Below, one piece after another: positions 6,267 to 16,509 of a DNA stretch of 64,000 nucleotides. The notes under the pieces were generated by a model, which worked only from the letters and a program-made list of their open reading frames with translations, ran no database searches and was not told the DNA's origin. The translations under genes and the position numbers were made by a program. Position 1 is the first letter of the stretch. Each line of letters starts with the position of its first letter. Source of the DNA: Escherichia coli (GTDB lineage Bacteria; Pseudomonadota; Gammaproteobacteria; Enterobacterales; Enterobacteriaceae); the NCBI RefSeq assembly GCF_030013595.1, contig NZ_CP122768.1; one strand, written 5' to 3'.

Positions 6267-8141
6267 GTTAACATTACGCGTCCTGCAAGACGCTTAACAT
6301 TAATCTGAGGCCAATTTCATGCTAGACACATGTAGGTTAGCCTCTTACGTGCCGAAAGGCAAGGAGAAGCAGGCTAGTGTTAACACCAAGCTGTAATGTC
6401 CCCTTTGAACCATTCTAAAATGTCCCCAGACAATTCTCTGGGGGATTTTTCATGATCAAAGAGACTGTTACGATGAGTCATAAGGAACTCCACCGACTTC
6501 AGATTATTCAGGAGTCAATTAATCGACATATTACTCAGGAACAAGCTGCGGCACGCATTGGCATTTCTATTCGGCAGGTTAAACGTCTGGTGCAACGGTA
6601 TAGAAATGAAGGGCCTTCTGGTCTGGTTTCCCACCGACGTGGAAAGCGTCCTAATAATTCCTTTTCTACTGAATTCAGAGCAACAGTAATTTCACTCCTC
6701 AAAGGCCGTTACGCTGATTTTGGACCTACGTTTGCGTGCGAAAAATTGCGCGAGATACACGGTTTATCTTTATCCGTTGAAACTCTCAGAAAGTGGATGA
6801 TAGAAGAGGGGTTATGGCGTGAACGCCGTCGTAAAATTGCCCGTATATATCAACGCCGCATGCGACGACCATCTTACGGTGAACTGATCCAGATTGATGG
6901 CTCACCTCATGACTGGTTTGAAAATCGAGGCCCCAGATGTACACTGATCGTTTTCATTGATGATGCCACCAGTGCGTTGATGGCGTTGCGTTTTGTGCCT
7001 GCTGAAACAACCCGGGCTTACATGGAAACCCTCCGGGGTTACCTTAATGATCATGGCGTACCGCTCGCTCTCTACTCTGATAGACACAGTATATTCAGGG
7101 TAAATAACCCAGAGCGGGAAGGTGAGCTGACCCAGTTCACTCGTGCGATAAAGACACTGGGCATCGAGCCAATCCATGCCAACAGCCCGCAGGCAAAAGG
7201 GCGGGTAGAGCGCGCCAATCAGACACTACAGGACAGGCTGGTCAAAGAAATGCGGCTTCAGAATATCAGTGATATTGAAACAGCAAATGCATGGTTGCCG
7301 ACCTTTATTGAAGCCTATAACAACCGGTTCGCTACGTCGCCTCGTACTACTGATAATGCTCATCTTGATGAGCACCATTCTGAAGAGGAACTGGGTTATA
7401 TCTTCAGCCTACAGGCGAAGCGCGTTCTGTCTAAAAATCTCACTTTCCAGTACAAAAGCAGTGCGTTTCAGGTACGCAGTGAGGGCCGGGGATATCGACT
7501 TAGGCATTCGGTTGTTACTGTATGCGAGAACTTTGACGGTGAAATTAACGTTCTGTATGACGGGAAAGCGCTGGGCTGGGAAAAGTATGTTGATGGCCCG
7601 GAGCCTATACCACTGGATGATGAAAAGAGTGTCCATGAACGAGTGGATAATGCCCGTATTGATTTACGCTCAAAATACTATGTTAAACCTAAAGCTGACC
7701 ATCCCTGGCTTACGCGCCGAACGCAAAGTCATCAGCAAGTTAAGCCCCCGAAGTTACCTAAAAAGAAGCCTGATCCCGATAAAAAAGATTGAAACCAAGA
7801 TCGATTCGGTTGAGTGCATATCCATTCATAGGGTAGATTCTTAAGTCGCGTTTCTGGTGTTCATTTTCGGGTGGTTTGTTACTTGTTTTACCGGGGATAT
7901 GCCAGAAACGCGCTGAGTCAGTCTGGGCGGTGCGCGTAATGAGGCGTTATGGTAAATAGCCTATGCTAATGTCCGCTAAGAGCAAGAAGCGGAAGTTGGC
8001 AGTTTTGTGGACTGTCCCCACAAAAGTGACTACAGAAATAGTTGCAATTCATAATTGATCATGGGTTGTCAGTTAAACTCGTGGCGATTTAAATAGACTA
8101 ATTGGGAGTGCGTCCATTACTTATATCTTGTAATGTTAACT
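6267..8141. mobile_element. Insertion sequence (single-ORF DDE/rve transposase; IS481 or ISNCY-like); boundaries approximate
   Basis: 446-aa transposase ORF; 12-bp inverted match AGTTAACATTAC at 6267..6278 and 8130..8141 proposed as termini; no clear target-site duplication. Confidence 0.45.
6452..7792 (+). CDS. Transposase with N-terminal HTH and integrase-core (DDE) domain
   Basis: 446 aa; HTH (AARIGISIRQVKRLV) and rve-like core (..IQIDGSPHDWF.. ..LYSDRHSIF..); basic lysine-rich C-terminus. Confidence 0.85.
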   Translation: MIKETVTMSHKELHRLQIIQESINRHITQEQAAARIGISIRQVKRLVQRYRNEGPSGLVSHRRGKRPNNSFSTEFRATVISLLKGRYADFGPTFACEKLREIHGLSLSVETLRKWMIEEGLWRERRRKIARIYQRRMRRPSYGELIQIDGSPHDWFENRGPRCTLIVFIDDATSALMALRFVPAETTRAYMETLRGYLNDHGVPLALYSDRHSIFRVNNPEREGELTQFTRAIKTLGIEPIHANSPQAKGRVERANQTLQDRLVKEMRLQNISDIETANAWLPTFIEAYNNRFATSPRTTDNAHLDEHHSEEELGYIFSLQAKRVLSKNLTFQYKSSAFQVRSEGRGYRLRHSVVTVCENFDGEINVLYDGKALGWEKYVDGPEPIPLDDEKSVHERVDNARIDLRSKYYVKPKADHPWLTRRTQSHQQVKPPKLPKKKPDPDKKD

Positions 8142-8228
8142 ATCAGAAATGATACAAAGATAATATGTCTTTAAAGAAAAGGCTGATGGCGAAAAGTGGC
8201 CCGATGAGGGCCACAATACGGCTGTCAC

Positions 8229-8561
8229 TTAGACGTAAATATCAATGGTGCCAGCGGTATTTGTATCGTCTTTTTTCTCTTCTTTTTTATCAGGCTGAAC
8301 TGTCGCGTCTTCATTCTTTTTCTCTGCCTGCTGCCTTAACAACTGCTCCAGTTGAGCCCAGAGGCTTTCAATTTGCTTCTGTACCAATGCAGCCATTTCT
8401 TTTTTCTGCTGTGTCGTCATCCCCTCTTCCGATGAGATTTTCCCAAGCTTTTCAGTCAGCACCTGAATTTGTCTTGTGATTTTGGCTATTTCTGATGTTC
8501 CTTCCGGGGCGGAGTTGTTTGAAATAACGGTTGAGGTATTTCCCTGAATTGTGACAGACAT
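8229..8561 (-). CDS. flxA: FlxA (sigma-28-dependent prophage protein)
   Basis: 110-aa product MSVTIQGNTSTVISNNSAPEGTSEIAKITRQIQVLTEKL... matches remembered FlxA. Confidence 0.8.
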   Translation of the reverse strand: MSVTIQGNTSTVISNNSAPEGTSEIAKITRQIQVLTEKLGKISSEEGMTTQQKKEMAALVQKQIESLWAQLEQLLRQQAEKKNEDATVQPDKKEEKKDDTNTAGTIDIYV

Positions 8562-8584
8562 AGATTTCTCCTTTTAAAAAAGCA

Positions 8585-8611
8585 CTATCGGCATGCACAA
8601 AAAAATCTTTA
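8585..8611 (-). promoter_or_regulatory. Sigma-28 (FliA) promoter of flxA
   Basis: Reverse strand TAAAGATT (8604..8611), 11-nt spacer, GCCGATAG (8585..8592), close to consensus TAAAGTTT-N11-GCCGATAA, just upstream of flxA. Confidence 0.6.
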
Positions 8612-8763
8612 ATCGTATTTCTTGTGTCATTAATTGTTTGATGTTCAGATTGTTTTCCTCGCGGGCTGGCGCGCCTCAGAAAGTAAAGCTTGTTGACAGG
8701 GGTAAACGTTCGGCAATAATTTTCTGCCGCATGCGGGTGTTGCATAAAACGTGTTACGTTCCT

Positions 8764-9069
8764 TTATCGACAGGTCAGGTCACCGCTCACCCGCCGACGA
8801 GAAAGCAACACTGACATGCTAAAGCAAAAAATAGATGAATAAGTTGAGTTGTGCATATGTAGCCTGACCGTCACAAAGTATATGGTGTCTGTACCAGTAA
8901 GATGATGGCCGGACTCTTTAAAAACGAGCTGACCTGCACAATACAGGATGGACTTAGCAATGGCTGCTCCTGGCAGAAAGCGGACAGTGATCACCGTTCT
9001 TACGACTACTTTCTGACTTCCTTCGTGACTTGCCCTAAGCATGTTGTAGTGCGATACTTGTAATGACAT
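8764..9069 (-). CDS. YdfV-like hypothetical ORF (101 aa), doubtful
   Basis: ORF of the length remembered for ydfV between flxA and relB; low-complexity product, overlaps relB operator. Confidence 0.25.
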   Translation of the reverse strand: MSLQVSHYNMLRASHEGSQKVVVRTVITVRFLPGAAIAKSILYCAGQLVFKESGHHLTGTDTIYFVTVRLHMHNSTYSSIFCFSMSVLLSRRRVSGDLTCR

Positions 9070-9082
9070 TTGTAATTACAAG
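9057..9082. promoter_or_regulatory. relBE operator/promoter palindrome (relO)
   Basis: CTTGTAATGACATTTGTAATTACAAG, inverted repeat just upstream of relB. Confidence 0.6.
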
Positions 9083-9093
9083 AGGTGTAAGAC

Positions 9094-9333
9094 ATGGGTA
9101 GCATTAACCTGCGTATTGACGATGAACTTAAAGCGCGTTCTTACGCCGCGCTTGAAAAAATGGGTGTAACTCCTTCTGAAGCGCTTCGTCTCATGCTCGA
9201 GTATATCGCTGACAATGAACGCTTGCCGTTCAAACAGACACTCCTGAGTGATGAAGATGCTGAACTTGTGGAGATAGTGAAAGAACGGCTTCGTAATCCT
9301 AAGCCAGTACGTGTGACGCTGGATGAACTCTGA
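9094..9333 (+). CDS. relB: Antitoxin RelB
   Basis: 79 aa MGSINLRIDDELKARSYAALEKMGVTPSEALRLMLEYIADNERLPF... matches RelB. Confidence 0.9.
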   Translation: MGSINLRIDDELKARSYAALEKMGVTPSEALRLMLEYIADNERLPFKQTLLSDEDAELVEIVKERLRNPKPVRVTLDEL

Positions 9334-9620
9334 TGGCGTATTTTCTGGATTTTGACGAGCGGGCACTAAAGGAATGGCGAAAGCTGGGCTCGACGGTACG
9401 TGAACAGTTGAAAAAGAAGCTGGTTGAAGTAATTGAGTCACCCCGGATTGAAGCAAACAAGCTCCGTGGTATGCCTGATTGTTACAAGATTAAGCTCCGG
9501 TCTTCAGGCTATCGCCTTGTATACCAGGTTATAGACGAGAAAGTTGTCGTTTTCGTGATTTCTGTTGGGAAAAGAGAACGCTCGGAAGTATATAGCGAGG
9601 CGGTCAAACGCATTCTCTGA
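9333..9620 (+). CDS. relE: mRNA interferase toxin RelE
   Basis: 95 aa MAYFLDFDERALKEWRKLGSTVREQLKKKL... matches RelE; start overlaps relB stop. Confidence 0.9.
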   Translation: MAYFLDFDERALKEWRKLGSTVREQLKKKLVEVIESPRIEANKLRGMPDCYKIKLRSSGYRLVYQVIDEKVVVFVISVGKRERSEVYSEAVKRIL

Positions 9621-9691
9621 ACCAAAGCATGACATCTCTGTTTCGCACCGAAGGTGACACTTCTGCTTTGCGTTGACAGGAGAAGCAGGCT

Positions 9692-9847
9692 ATGAAGCAG
9701 CAAAAGGCGATGTTAATCGCCCTGATCGTCATCTGTTTAACCGTCATAGTGACGGCACTGGTAACGAGGAAAGACCTCTGCGAGGTACGAATCCGAACCG
9801 GCCAGACGGAGGTCGCTGTCTTCACAGCTTACGAACCTGAGGAGTAA
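9692..9847 (+). CDS. hokD: Hok-family type I toxin HokD (RelF), 51 aa
   Basis: Translation MKQQKAMLIALIVICLTVIVTALVTRKDLCEVRIRTGQTEVAVFTAYEPEE; below ORF-track size cut-off, found by reading. Confidence 0.8.
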   Translation: MKQQKAMLIALIVICLTVIVTALVTRKDLCEVRIRTGQTEVAVFTAYEPEE

Positions 9848-9915
9848 GAGACCCGGCGAGGGAGAAATCCCTCGCCACCTCTGATGTGTCAGGCATCCTC
9901 AACGCACCCGCACTT

Positions 9916-9945
9916 AACCCGCTTCGGCGGGTTTTTGTTTTTATT
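9916..9945 (+). terminator. Rho-independent terminator after relBE-hokD
   Basis: AACCCGC-TTCG-GCGGGTT hairpin followed by a T-run. Confidence 0.6.
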
Positions 9946-10063
9946 TTCAACGCGTTTGAAGTTCTGGACGGTGCCGGAATAGAATCAAAAATACTTAAGT
10001 AGCGCGCAGGGATAAGAGGGATGGTCCCTTAAAGGGGAGAGCTAATTATCCGGAAGGATTCTG

Positions 10064-10315
10064 ATGATGAACATCGAAGAACTGCGTAAAATTTTTTGTG
10101 AAGATGGCCTCTATGCTGTGTGCGTTGAAAATGGAAATCTTGTTAGTCATTACCGCATTATGTGTTTGCGAAAGAATGGGGCTGCGTTAATTAATTTTGT
10201 GGATGGTCGAGTGACAGACAGATTTATCTTGCGCGAAGGTGAGTTTGTCACTTCATTACAGGCACTGAAAGAGATCGGAATAAAAGCAGGCTTTTCAGCT
10301 TTTGCAGAAGAATAA
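10064..10315 (+). CDS. rem: Rem-like small prophage protein (83 aa)
   Basis: 83-aa ORF MMNIEELRKIFCEDGLYAVCVENG... at the position of rem between hokD and ydfU. Confidence 0.55.
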   Translation: MMNIEELRKIFCEDGLYAVCVENGNLVSHYRIMCLRKNGAALINFVDGRVTDRFILREGEFVTSLQALKEIGIKAGFSAFAEE

Positions 10316-10381
10316 ACTCATCTACAATCTTGCGCGGGGCTGAACTCCCGCTGAGTAACACCGTGCCACCGGAGAAAACCG

Positions 10382-10660
10382 ATGGCACGCAACGTAAAAT
10401 ATTACAATTCTGATAATTCGCCCGTTCTTGCCTGCACGCACGAGCGGTATTCTCACGCATTCAAGTCTGAATGGTTCCAACACCCTCCATGCACTGAAGA
10501 GCAGGCTGAATGGATAATTCAGTGTTACCGCAGGCGCGGATACGAGGTTAAGAAAGCCCTTAGTCTCGACTACCGTCACTGGATAATCTCAGTCAGATTG
10601 CCTTACTCCGAACGCCCACCACGTGCGTCCCGCACTTTCCAGCAACGGATCTGGAGGTAA
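10382..10660 (+). CDS. Hypothetical 92-aa protein immediately upstream of ydfU
   Basis: ORF ends 1 nt before the proposed ydfU GTG start; Cys/His-rich N-terminus. Confidence 0.4.
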   Translation: MARNVKYYNSDNSPVLACTHERYSHAFKSEWFQHPPCTEEQAEWIIQCYRRRGYEVKKALSLDYRHWIISVRLPYSERPPRASRTFQQRIWR

Positions 10661-10661
10661 C

Positions 10662-11711
10662 GTGCGGGTATTACTTAGACCTGTTCTGGTGCCTGAGCTT
10701 GGGCTGGTGGTCCTTAAGCCGGGCCGTGAATCCATACAGATATTTCATAATCCTCGAGTGCTGGTGGAACCGGAACCAAAAAGCATGCGTAATCTGCCAT
10801 CCGGAGTCGTTCCTGCCGTTGGCCAGCCGCTGGCGGAAGACAAAACATTGCTGCCGTTTTTTAGTAACGAACGGGTGATTCGTGCTGCTGGCGGCGTTGG
10901 CTCATTGTCTGACTGGCTATTACGTCATGTTACATCCTGCCAGTGGCCTAATGGCGATTACCATCACACTGAAACAGTCATTCACCGTTATGGTACCGGC
11001 GCAATGGTGTTGTGTTGGCACTGCGACAACCAACTGCGTGACCAGACATCGGAATCACTGGAGCTGCTTGCTCAACAAAATCTGACAGCATGGGTGATTG
11101 ACGTCATCCGTCACGCAATAAGCGGTACGCAGGAGCGGGAATTATCTTTGGCTGAATTATCCTGGTGGGCGGTCTGCAATCAGGTGGTGGATGCACTACC
11201 TGAGGCTGTATCGCGTCGTTCGCTGGGATTACCAGCGGAAAAAATCTGCTCGGTGTACCGCGAAAGCGACATCGTACCGGGAGAGCAGACCGCCACCAGC
11301 ATATTGAAACAACGCACAAAAAATCTTGCACCGTTGCCTTACGCCCACCAGCAACAAAAACTACCACAGGAAAAGACGGTGGTAAGCATCACCGTTGATC
11401 CAGAGTCTCCGGAATCTTTCATGAAGCTGCCTAAACGTCGCCGCTGGGTTAAGGAGAAATACACACGTTGGGTTAAGACACAGCCGTGTGCTTGCTGCGG
11501 TATGCCAGCCGACGATCCGCATCATCTGATTGGTCACGGGCAGGGCGGAATGGGAACAAAAGCACATGATCTCTTTGTGTTGCCTTTGTGCAGAAAGCAT
11601 CACAACGAGCTGCATACGGATACAGTGGCATTTGAAGAGAAGTATGGCTCCCAACTGGAGCTGATATTTCGTTTTATCGATCGCGCGCTGGCAATTGGCG
11701 TACTGGCGTAA
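10662..11711 (+). CDS. ydfU: YdfU-like DUF968 protein with C-terminal HNH-like nuclease motif
   Basis: GTG after GGAGG gives 349 aa; motif CACCG..DDPHHLIGHGQGG..LCRKHHNELH at 11487..11615. Confidence 0.65.
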   Translation: MRVLLRPVLVPELGLVVLKPGRESIQIFHNPRVLVEPEPKSMRNLPSGVVPAVGQPLAEDKTLLPFFSNERVIRAAGGVGSLSDWLLRHVTSCQWPNGDYHHTETVIHRYGTGAMVLCWHCDNQLRDQTSESLELLAQQNLTAWVIDVIRHAISGTQERELSLAELSWWAVCNQVVDALPEAVSRRSLGLPAEKICSVYRESDIVPGEQTATSILKQRTKNLAPLPYAHQQQKLPQEKTVVSITVDPESPESFMKLPKRRRWVKEKYTRWVKTQPCACCGMPADDPHHLIGHGQGGMGTKAHDLFVLPLCRKHHNELHTDTVAFEEKYGSQLELIFRFIDRALAIGVLA

Positions 11712-11724
11712 GTGGAGAACGAGC

Positions 11725-12477
11725 ATGAACCTTGAAGCCTTACCAAAATATTACTCCCCAAAATCTCCAAAATTGAGCGATGACGCTCCAGCGACAGGCA
11801 CCGGTTGTTTAACAATTACGGATGTAATGGCAGCGCAGGGGATGGTGCAGTCGAAAGCACCACTTGGGTTGGCCTTATTTCTGGCAAAAGTTGGTGTTCA
11901 GGACCCTCAGTTTGCGATTGAAGGCCTGCTAAATTACGCGATGGCACTGGATAACCCGACATTGAACAAATTGAGTGAAGAAATCCGGTTACAGATTATT
12001 CCTTACCTCGTGAGTTTTGCCTTTGCTGATTACTCCAGGTCTGCGGCAAGTAAGGCTCGCTGTGAGCATTGTTCAGGTACGGGATTTTATAATGTATTGC
12101 GCGAAGTGGTGAAACACTACAGACGCGGGGAATCTGTAATCAAGGAAGAATGGGTGAAGGAACTATGTCAGCATTGCCATGGTAAGGGCGAAGCCAGCAC
12201 AGCGTGCAGAGGGTGTAAGGGTAAAGGGATTGTTCTGGATGAAAAAAGAACCCGGTTTCATGGCGTACCGGTATATAAGATTTGTGGGCGTTGTAATGGA
12301 AACCGGTTTAGTCGTTTACCGACCACGCTGGCACGACGTCATGTCCAGAAGCTGGTACCAGACCTGACCGATTATCAGTGGTATAAGGGGTATGCGGACG
12401 TCATTGGTAAACTGGTAACAAAGTGCTGGCAGGAAGAAGCATACGCGGAAGCGCAATTGAGGAAGGTGACGAGATAA
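11725..12477 (+). CDS. quuQ: Late-gene antiterminator Q
   Basis: 250 aa from MNLEALPKYY with GGAG upstream; Cys-rich zinc-binding region (CEHCSGTGF..CQHCHGKG..CRGCKGKG); followed by promoter and terminator. Confidence 0.75.
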   Translation: MNLEALPKYYSPKSPKLSDDAPATGTGCLTITDVMAAQGMVQSKAPLGLALFLAKVGVQDPQFAIEGLLNYAMALDNPTLNKLSEEIRLQIIPYLVSFAFADYSRSAASKARCEHCSGTGFYNVLREVVKHYRRGESVIKEEWVKELCQHCHGKGEASTACRGCKGKGIVLDEKRTRFHGVPVYKICGRCNGNRFSRLPTTLARRHVQKLVPDLTDYQWYKGYADVIGKLVTKCWQEEAYAEAQLRKVTR

Positions 12478-12508
12478 ATGATTTTTGCTGAAGATGGCGA
12501 CATGATGT

Positions 12509-12538
12509 TTGCATTTTTCAAAAAATATGGATAAAATT
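12509..12538 (+). promoter_or_regulatory. Candidate late promoter (PR'-like)
   Basis: TTGCAT (12509..12514), 17-bp spacer, TAAAAT (12532..12537), about 35 bp after the Q stop. Confidence 0.4.
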
Positions 12539-12582
12539 TTTTCAACGATGGGCTTTGTATACCCGACGTTAAGAAAAAGTAG

Positions 12583-12610
12583 AAAACCCGCTGATGAGCG
12601 GGTTTTGTGC
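12583..12610 (+). terminator. Rho-independent terminator (tR'-like) downstream of late promoter
   Basis: CCCGCT-GATG-AGCGGG hairpin followed by TTTTGTGCTTT. Confidence 0.6.
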
Positions 12611-12898
12611 TTTAAATGGGGCAATGGTAATGTTGAATCTCATCCCGGGACTCATGTCTGTTAACTTATTATTTAGCTGGTGACTTGGTTATTTGCCTGA
12701 TGTTTAAAATGTTTTCTTCCAGTACAATGTCCCTAAACACAATGAGTCTGCTTATTATATTATTAGCAGAGCTATTACGGCCAAAGTACAGCATAAGCTT
12801 TTAAAGCCAATCAACCAGTCATCAAGACAGACGGGGTTATTCATAAAAACTCTCCATGTGTGATCCGATGGGGCCTGAAATTAAAGCTTTAATATAGC

Positions 12899-13111
12899 TC
12901 ATGAAAGGTAAACATTGGCAGCTGAAGGGCCACGCAGACCATTTATCCGGCAAAATTCCACGCGTAATCCGGTGGTAATTTCTTCTGCATCGCGGAGATT
13001 GAGCGCTGAAACATGAAGCTGGACATCGATACGACCATCGGATGGGGTGATAAGACCCTTGCCGCTTTTGCCGTCAAAGGTTTTGACAATTCCTGTCATT
13101 TTACGGGACAA
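12899..13111 (-). CDS. cspF: Cold shock protein CspF
   Basis: 70 aa [45 protein letters not shown]..., CspA-family fold. Confidence 0.8.
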
Positions 13112-13411
13112 AAAAATTCCTTAATACTGATAACTTGGCGCACTATACACACGTTCCTGAAGAAAGCTATAGTTTTTTGATGGGGTTGAAGATGGCTGGA
13201 TGTCTAAAATAAACATTGCTTCATATGTTCAACTATGCGTTAATGATTGCGTCGGTTTGAAGAACAGACGATATACGAAGTAGTTTACTAAAGCAGTTCT
13301 CATTTCAGGTGTTATTCACTTATTCCTTCTTTGAGTCTCTCCAATTAAGTACGAAGTCGTTTCTGTTATGCAAACCATTTATGCCGAAAGGCTCAAGTTA
13401 AGGAATGTAGA

Positions 13412-13627
13412 ATGTCAAATAAAATGACTGGTTTAGTAAAATGGTTTAACGCTGATAAAGGTTTCGGCTTTATTTCTCCTGTTGATGGTAGTAAAGATGT
13501 GTTTGTGCATTTTTCTGCGATTCAGAATGATAATTATCGAACCTTATTTGAAGGTCAAAAGGTTACCTTCTCTATAGAGAGTGGTGCTAAAGGTCCTGCA
13601 GCAGCAAATGTCATCATTACTGATTAA
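13412..13627 (+). CDS. cspB: Cold shock protein CspB
   Basis: 71 aa [38 protein letters not shown]..., RNP motifs. Confidence 0.9.
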   Translation: MSNKMTGLVKWFNADKGFGFISPVDGSKDVFVHFSAIQNDNYRTLFEGQKVTFSIESGAKGPAAANVIITD

Positions 13628-13917
13628 AATTCATCGCTCGTCTGTATACGATAACGAAGAAGGCTGATGCCTGAGTAGAGATACGGACAGAGTAGTGAAT
13701 ATTGGATTTCTTTAATAAAAATTAAGGAGGTCCAATACATGAAACAATGGTCAGCATATTTGGCAAAATCTTAATCAGGAAAAGTATGCTAACCATTGTG
13801 GTGAAGTGCAGGTTTGCTGCATGAATAGTTTTACAGCAGAAGCTAACTGCTGGCATGGCAAAACAAAGTGCGTAAGTGGATGACTCCCACAAAAAGCACC
13901 ACAATCTCAAACCCGCT

Positions 13918-13940
13918 CAGGCGGGTTTTTTATTATCTGC
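13918..13940 (+). terminator. Rho-independent terminator after cspB
   Basis: AAACCCGC-TCAG-GCGGGTTTTTT. Confidence 0.55.
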
Positions 13941-13990
13941 TTTAAATATATTATTAAAATATAAAAAATACTTGTTACTAATAAAATCAA

Positions 13991-14161
13991 TCAGGCTACA
14001 GCTTTAAGATTTGTCTGGAATACTTTGTTGCAATGAGGGCAGATCAAAAGGGCACCTTTTTGTACTCTTGAAAAACTGTGTTCTGACTCTTGGGTGCAGT
14101 TTGGGCAGGAACATTTAACGAGATAATTACGGCGTGATTTTGAGTCTTTACGTTCTGACAT
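13991..14161 (-). CDS. Small zinc-ribbon protein (56 aa), hypothetical
   Basis: MSERKDSKSRRNYLVKCSCPNCTQESEHSFSRVQKGALLICPHCNKV... with CxxC..CxxC; AGGAAAAG before ATG. Confidence 0.35.
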   Translation of the reverse strand: MSERKDSKSRRNYLVKCSCPNCTQESEHSFSRVQKGALLICPHCNKVFQTNLKAVA

Positions 14162-14380
14162 AGGCTTTTCCTGTATAAATGGCCGTATACAGTACACTAA
14201 ATATGAAAACATTTCTCGTATTATTATTTTATATATGACTTTCTTTCAAAATAATTACTCACATTTTTAATGTGTATGTTTCTTTAGCGCCGTTGAGAAC
14301 AGCGTGTGCTGTCAAAACTACCCCGTAGACTCCGATCTTTTCAAACATATTGCACCATCCGTGTACATCGGGGTGAGGAT

Positions 14381-14596
14381 ATGAAATCAATGGATAAGTT
14401 AACAACAGGTGTTGCCTATGGCACATCGGCGGGTAATGCTGGTTTCTGGGCATTGCAGTTACTCGATAAAGTAACTCCGTCACAGTGGGCTGCAATCGGT
14501 GTGCTGGGTAGCCTGGTTTTTGGCCTGCTGACGTATCTGACAAATCTTTATTTCAAGATTAAAGAAGACAGGCGTAAGGCTGCGAGAGGAGAATAA
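14381..14596 (+). CDS. essQ: Holin, phage 21 S-type (pinholin class), 71 aa
   Basis: [71 protein letters not shown]; GGGGTGAGG before ATG. Confidence 0.8.
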   Translation: MKSMDKLTTGVAYGTSAGNAGFWALQLLDKVTPSQWAAIGVLGSLVFGLLTYLTNLYFKIKEDRRKAARGE

Positions 14597-14907
14597 TCCA
14601 ATGACTCAAGGCTATGAACTGGTTGTGAAAGGAGTCCGTAATTTTGAGAATAAAGTTACGGTAACTGTAGCCTTACAGGACAAAGAACGCTTTGACGGTG
14701 AAATTTTTGGCCTGGATGTCGCCATGGACCGTGTTGAAGGAGCTACGCTGGAGTTTTATGAGGCAGCAGCCAGAATGAGCGTCCGGCAAGTCTTCCTGGA
14801 AGTAGCAGAAAAATTGTCAGAAAAGTTGAGTCTTATCTGCAGCATCAGTACTCCTTTAAGATTGAAAATCCTGCCAATAAGCACGAGCGTCCTCATCATA
14901 AATATCT

Positions 14908-15935
<1,028 letters not shown>

Positions 15936-16296
15936 GGTAATATTAAATCGGAACATTTACATCGCGGAATGTAAAATTTAAATAAAAAGGACTCTTCCAT
16001 GAGCCAAAATTCCTGAAATCTTAAGGGTAAGATAAAAGGTCTTAATCAGAATGACACGTTTTATTAATAAATAAAGCTATTCTTTCATTGCTGTGTTTTT
16101 CTTTACAAAAGTAATCCTTGCTATGGGTGGTTAATCATGCGTTAATGGTGTTCTGGTTTGTTACAAATTTATCTGAAGCAGTCATTGTTATAATTTTATT
16201 ATTTGTACCTCTTGAGATTTCCTTGTTGGTTTTTCTCTCTGATATTTTTTTCGGACCATTCTGCCCAAGGGCTAATTTCTTCAAAAGGTAATAATT

Positions 16297-16509
16297 ATGT
16301 CTAACAAAATGACTGGTTTAGTAAAATGGTTTAACCCTGAAAAAGGTTTTGGTTTCATCACGCCGAAAGATGGCAGCAAAGATGTGTTTGTCCATTTCTC
16401 AGCAATTCAGAGCAACGATTTCAAAACATTAACTGAGAATCAGGAAGTTGAATTTGGTATTGAGAACGGACCTAAAGGTCCTGCCGCTGTTCATGTAGTG
16501 GCGCTTTGA
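16297..16509 (+). CDS. cspI: Cold shock protein CspI
   Basis: 70 aa [43 protein letters not shown]... Confidence 0.9.
   Translation: MSNKMTGLVKWFNPEKGFGFITPKDGSKDVFVHFSAIQSNDFKTLTENQEVEFGIENGPKGPAAVHVVAL

Noticed and set aside
7269-7844. 191-aa ORF in an alternative frame overlapping the transposase 3' half
   Set aside because: Overlaps the transposase coding frame; no independent evidence.
12316-12624. 102-aa minus-strand ORF overlapping the Q 3' end and the late promoter/terminator
   Set aside because: Overlaps Q and the terminator hairpin; no translation signals.
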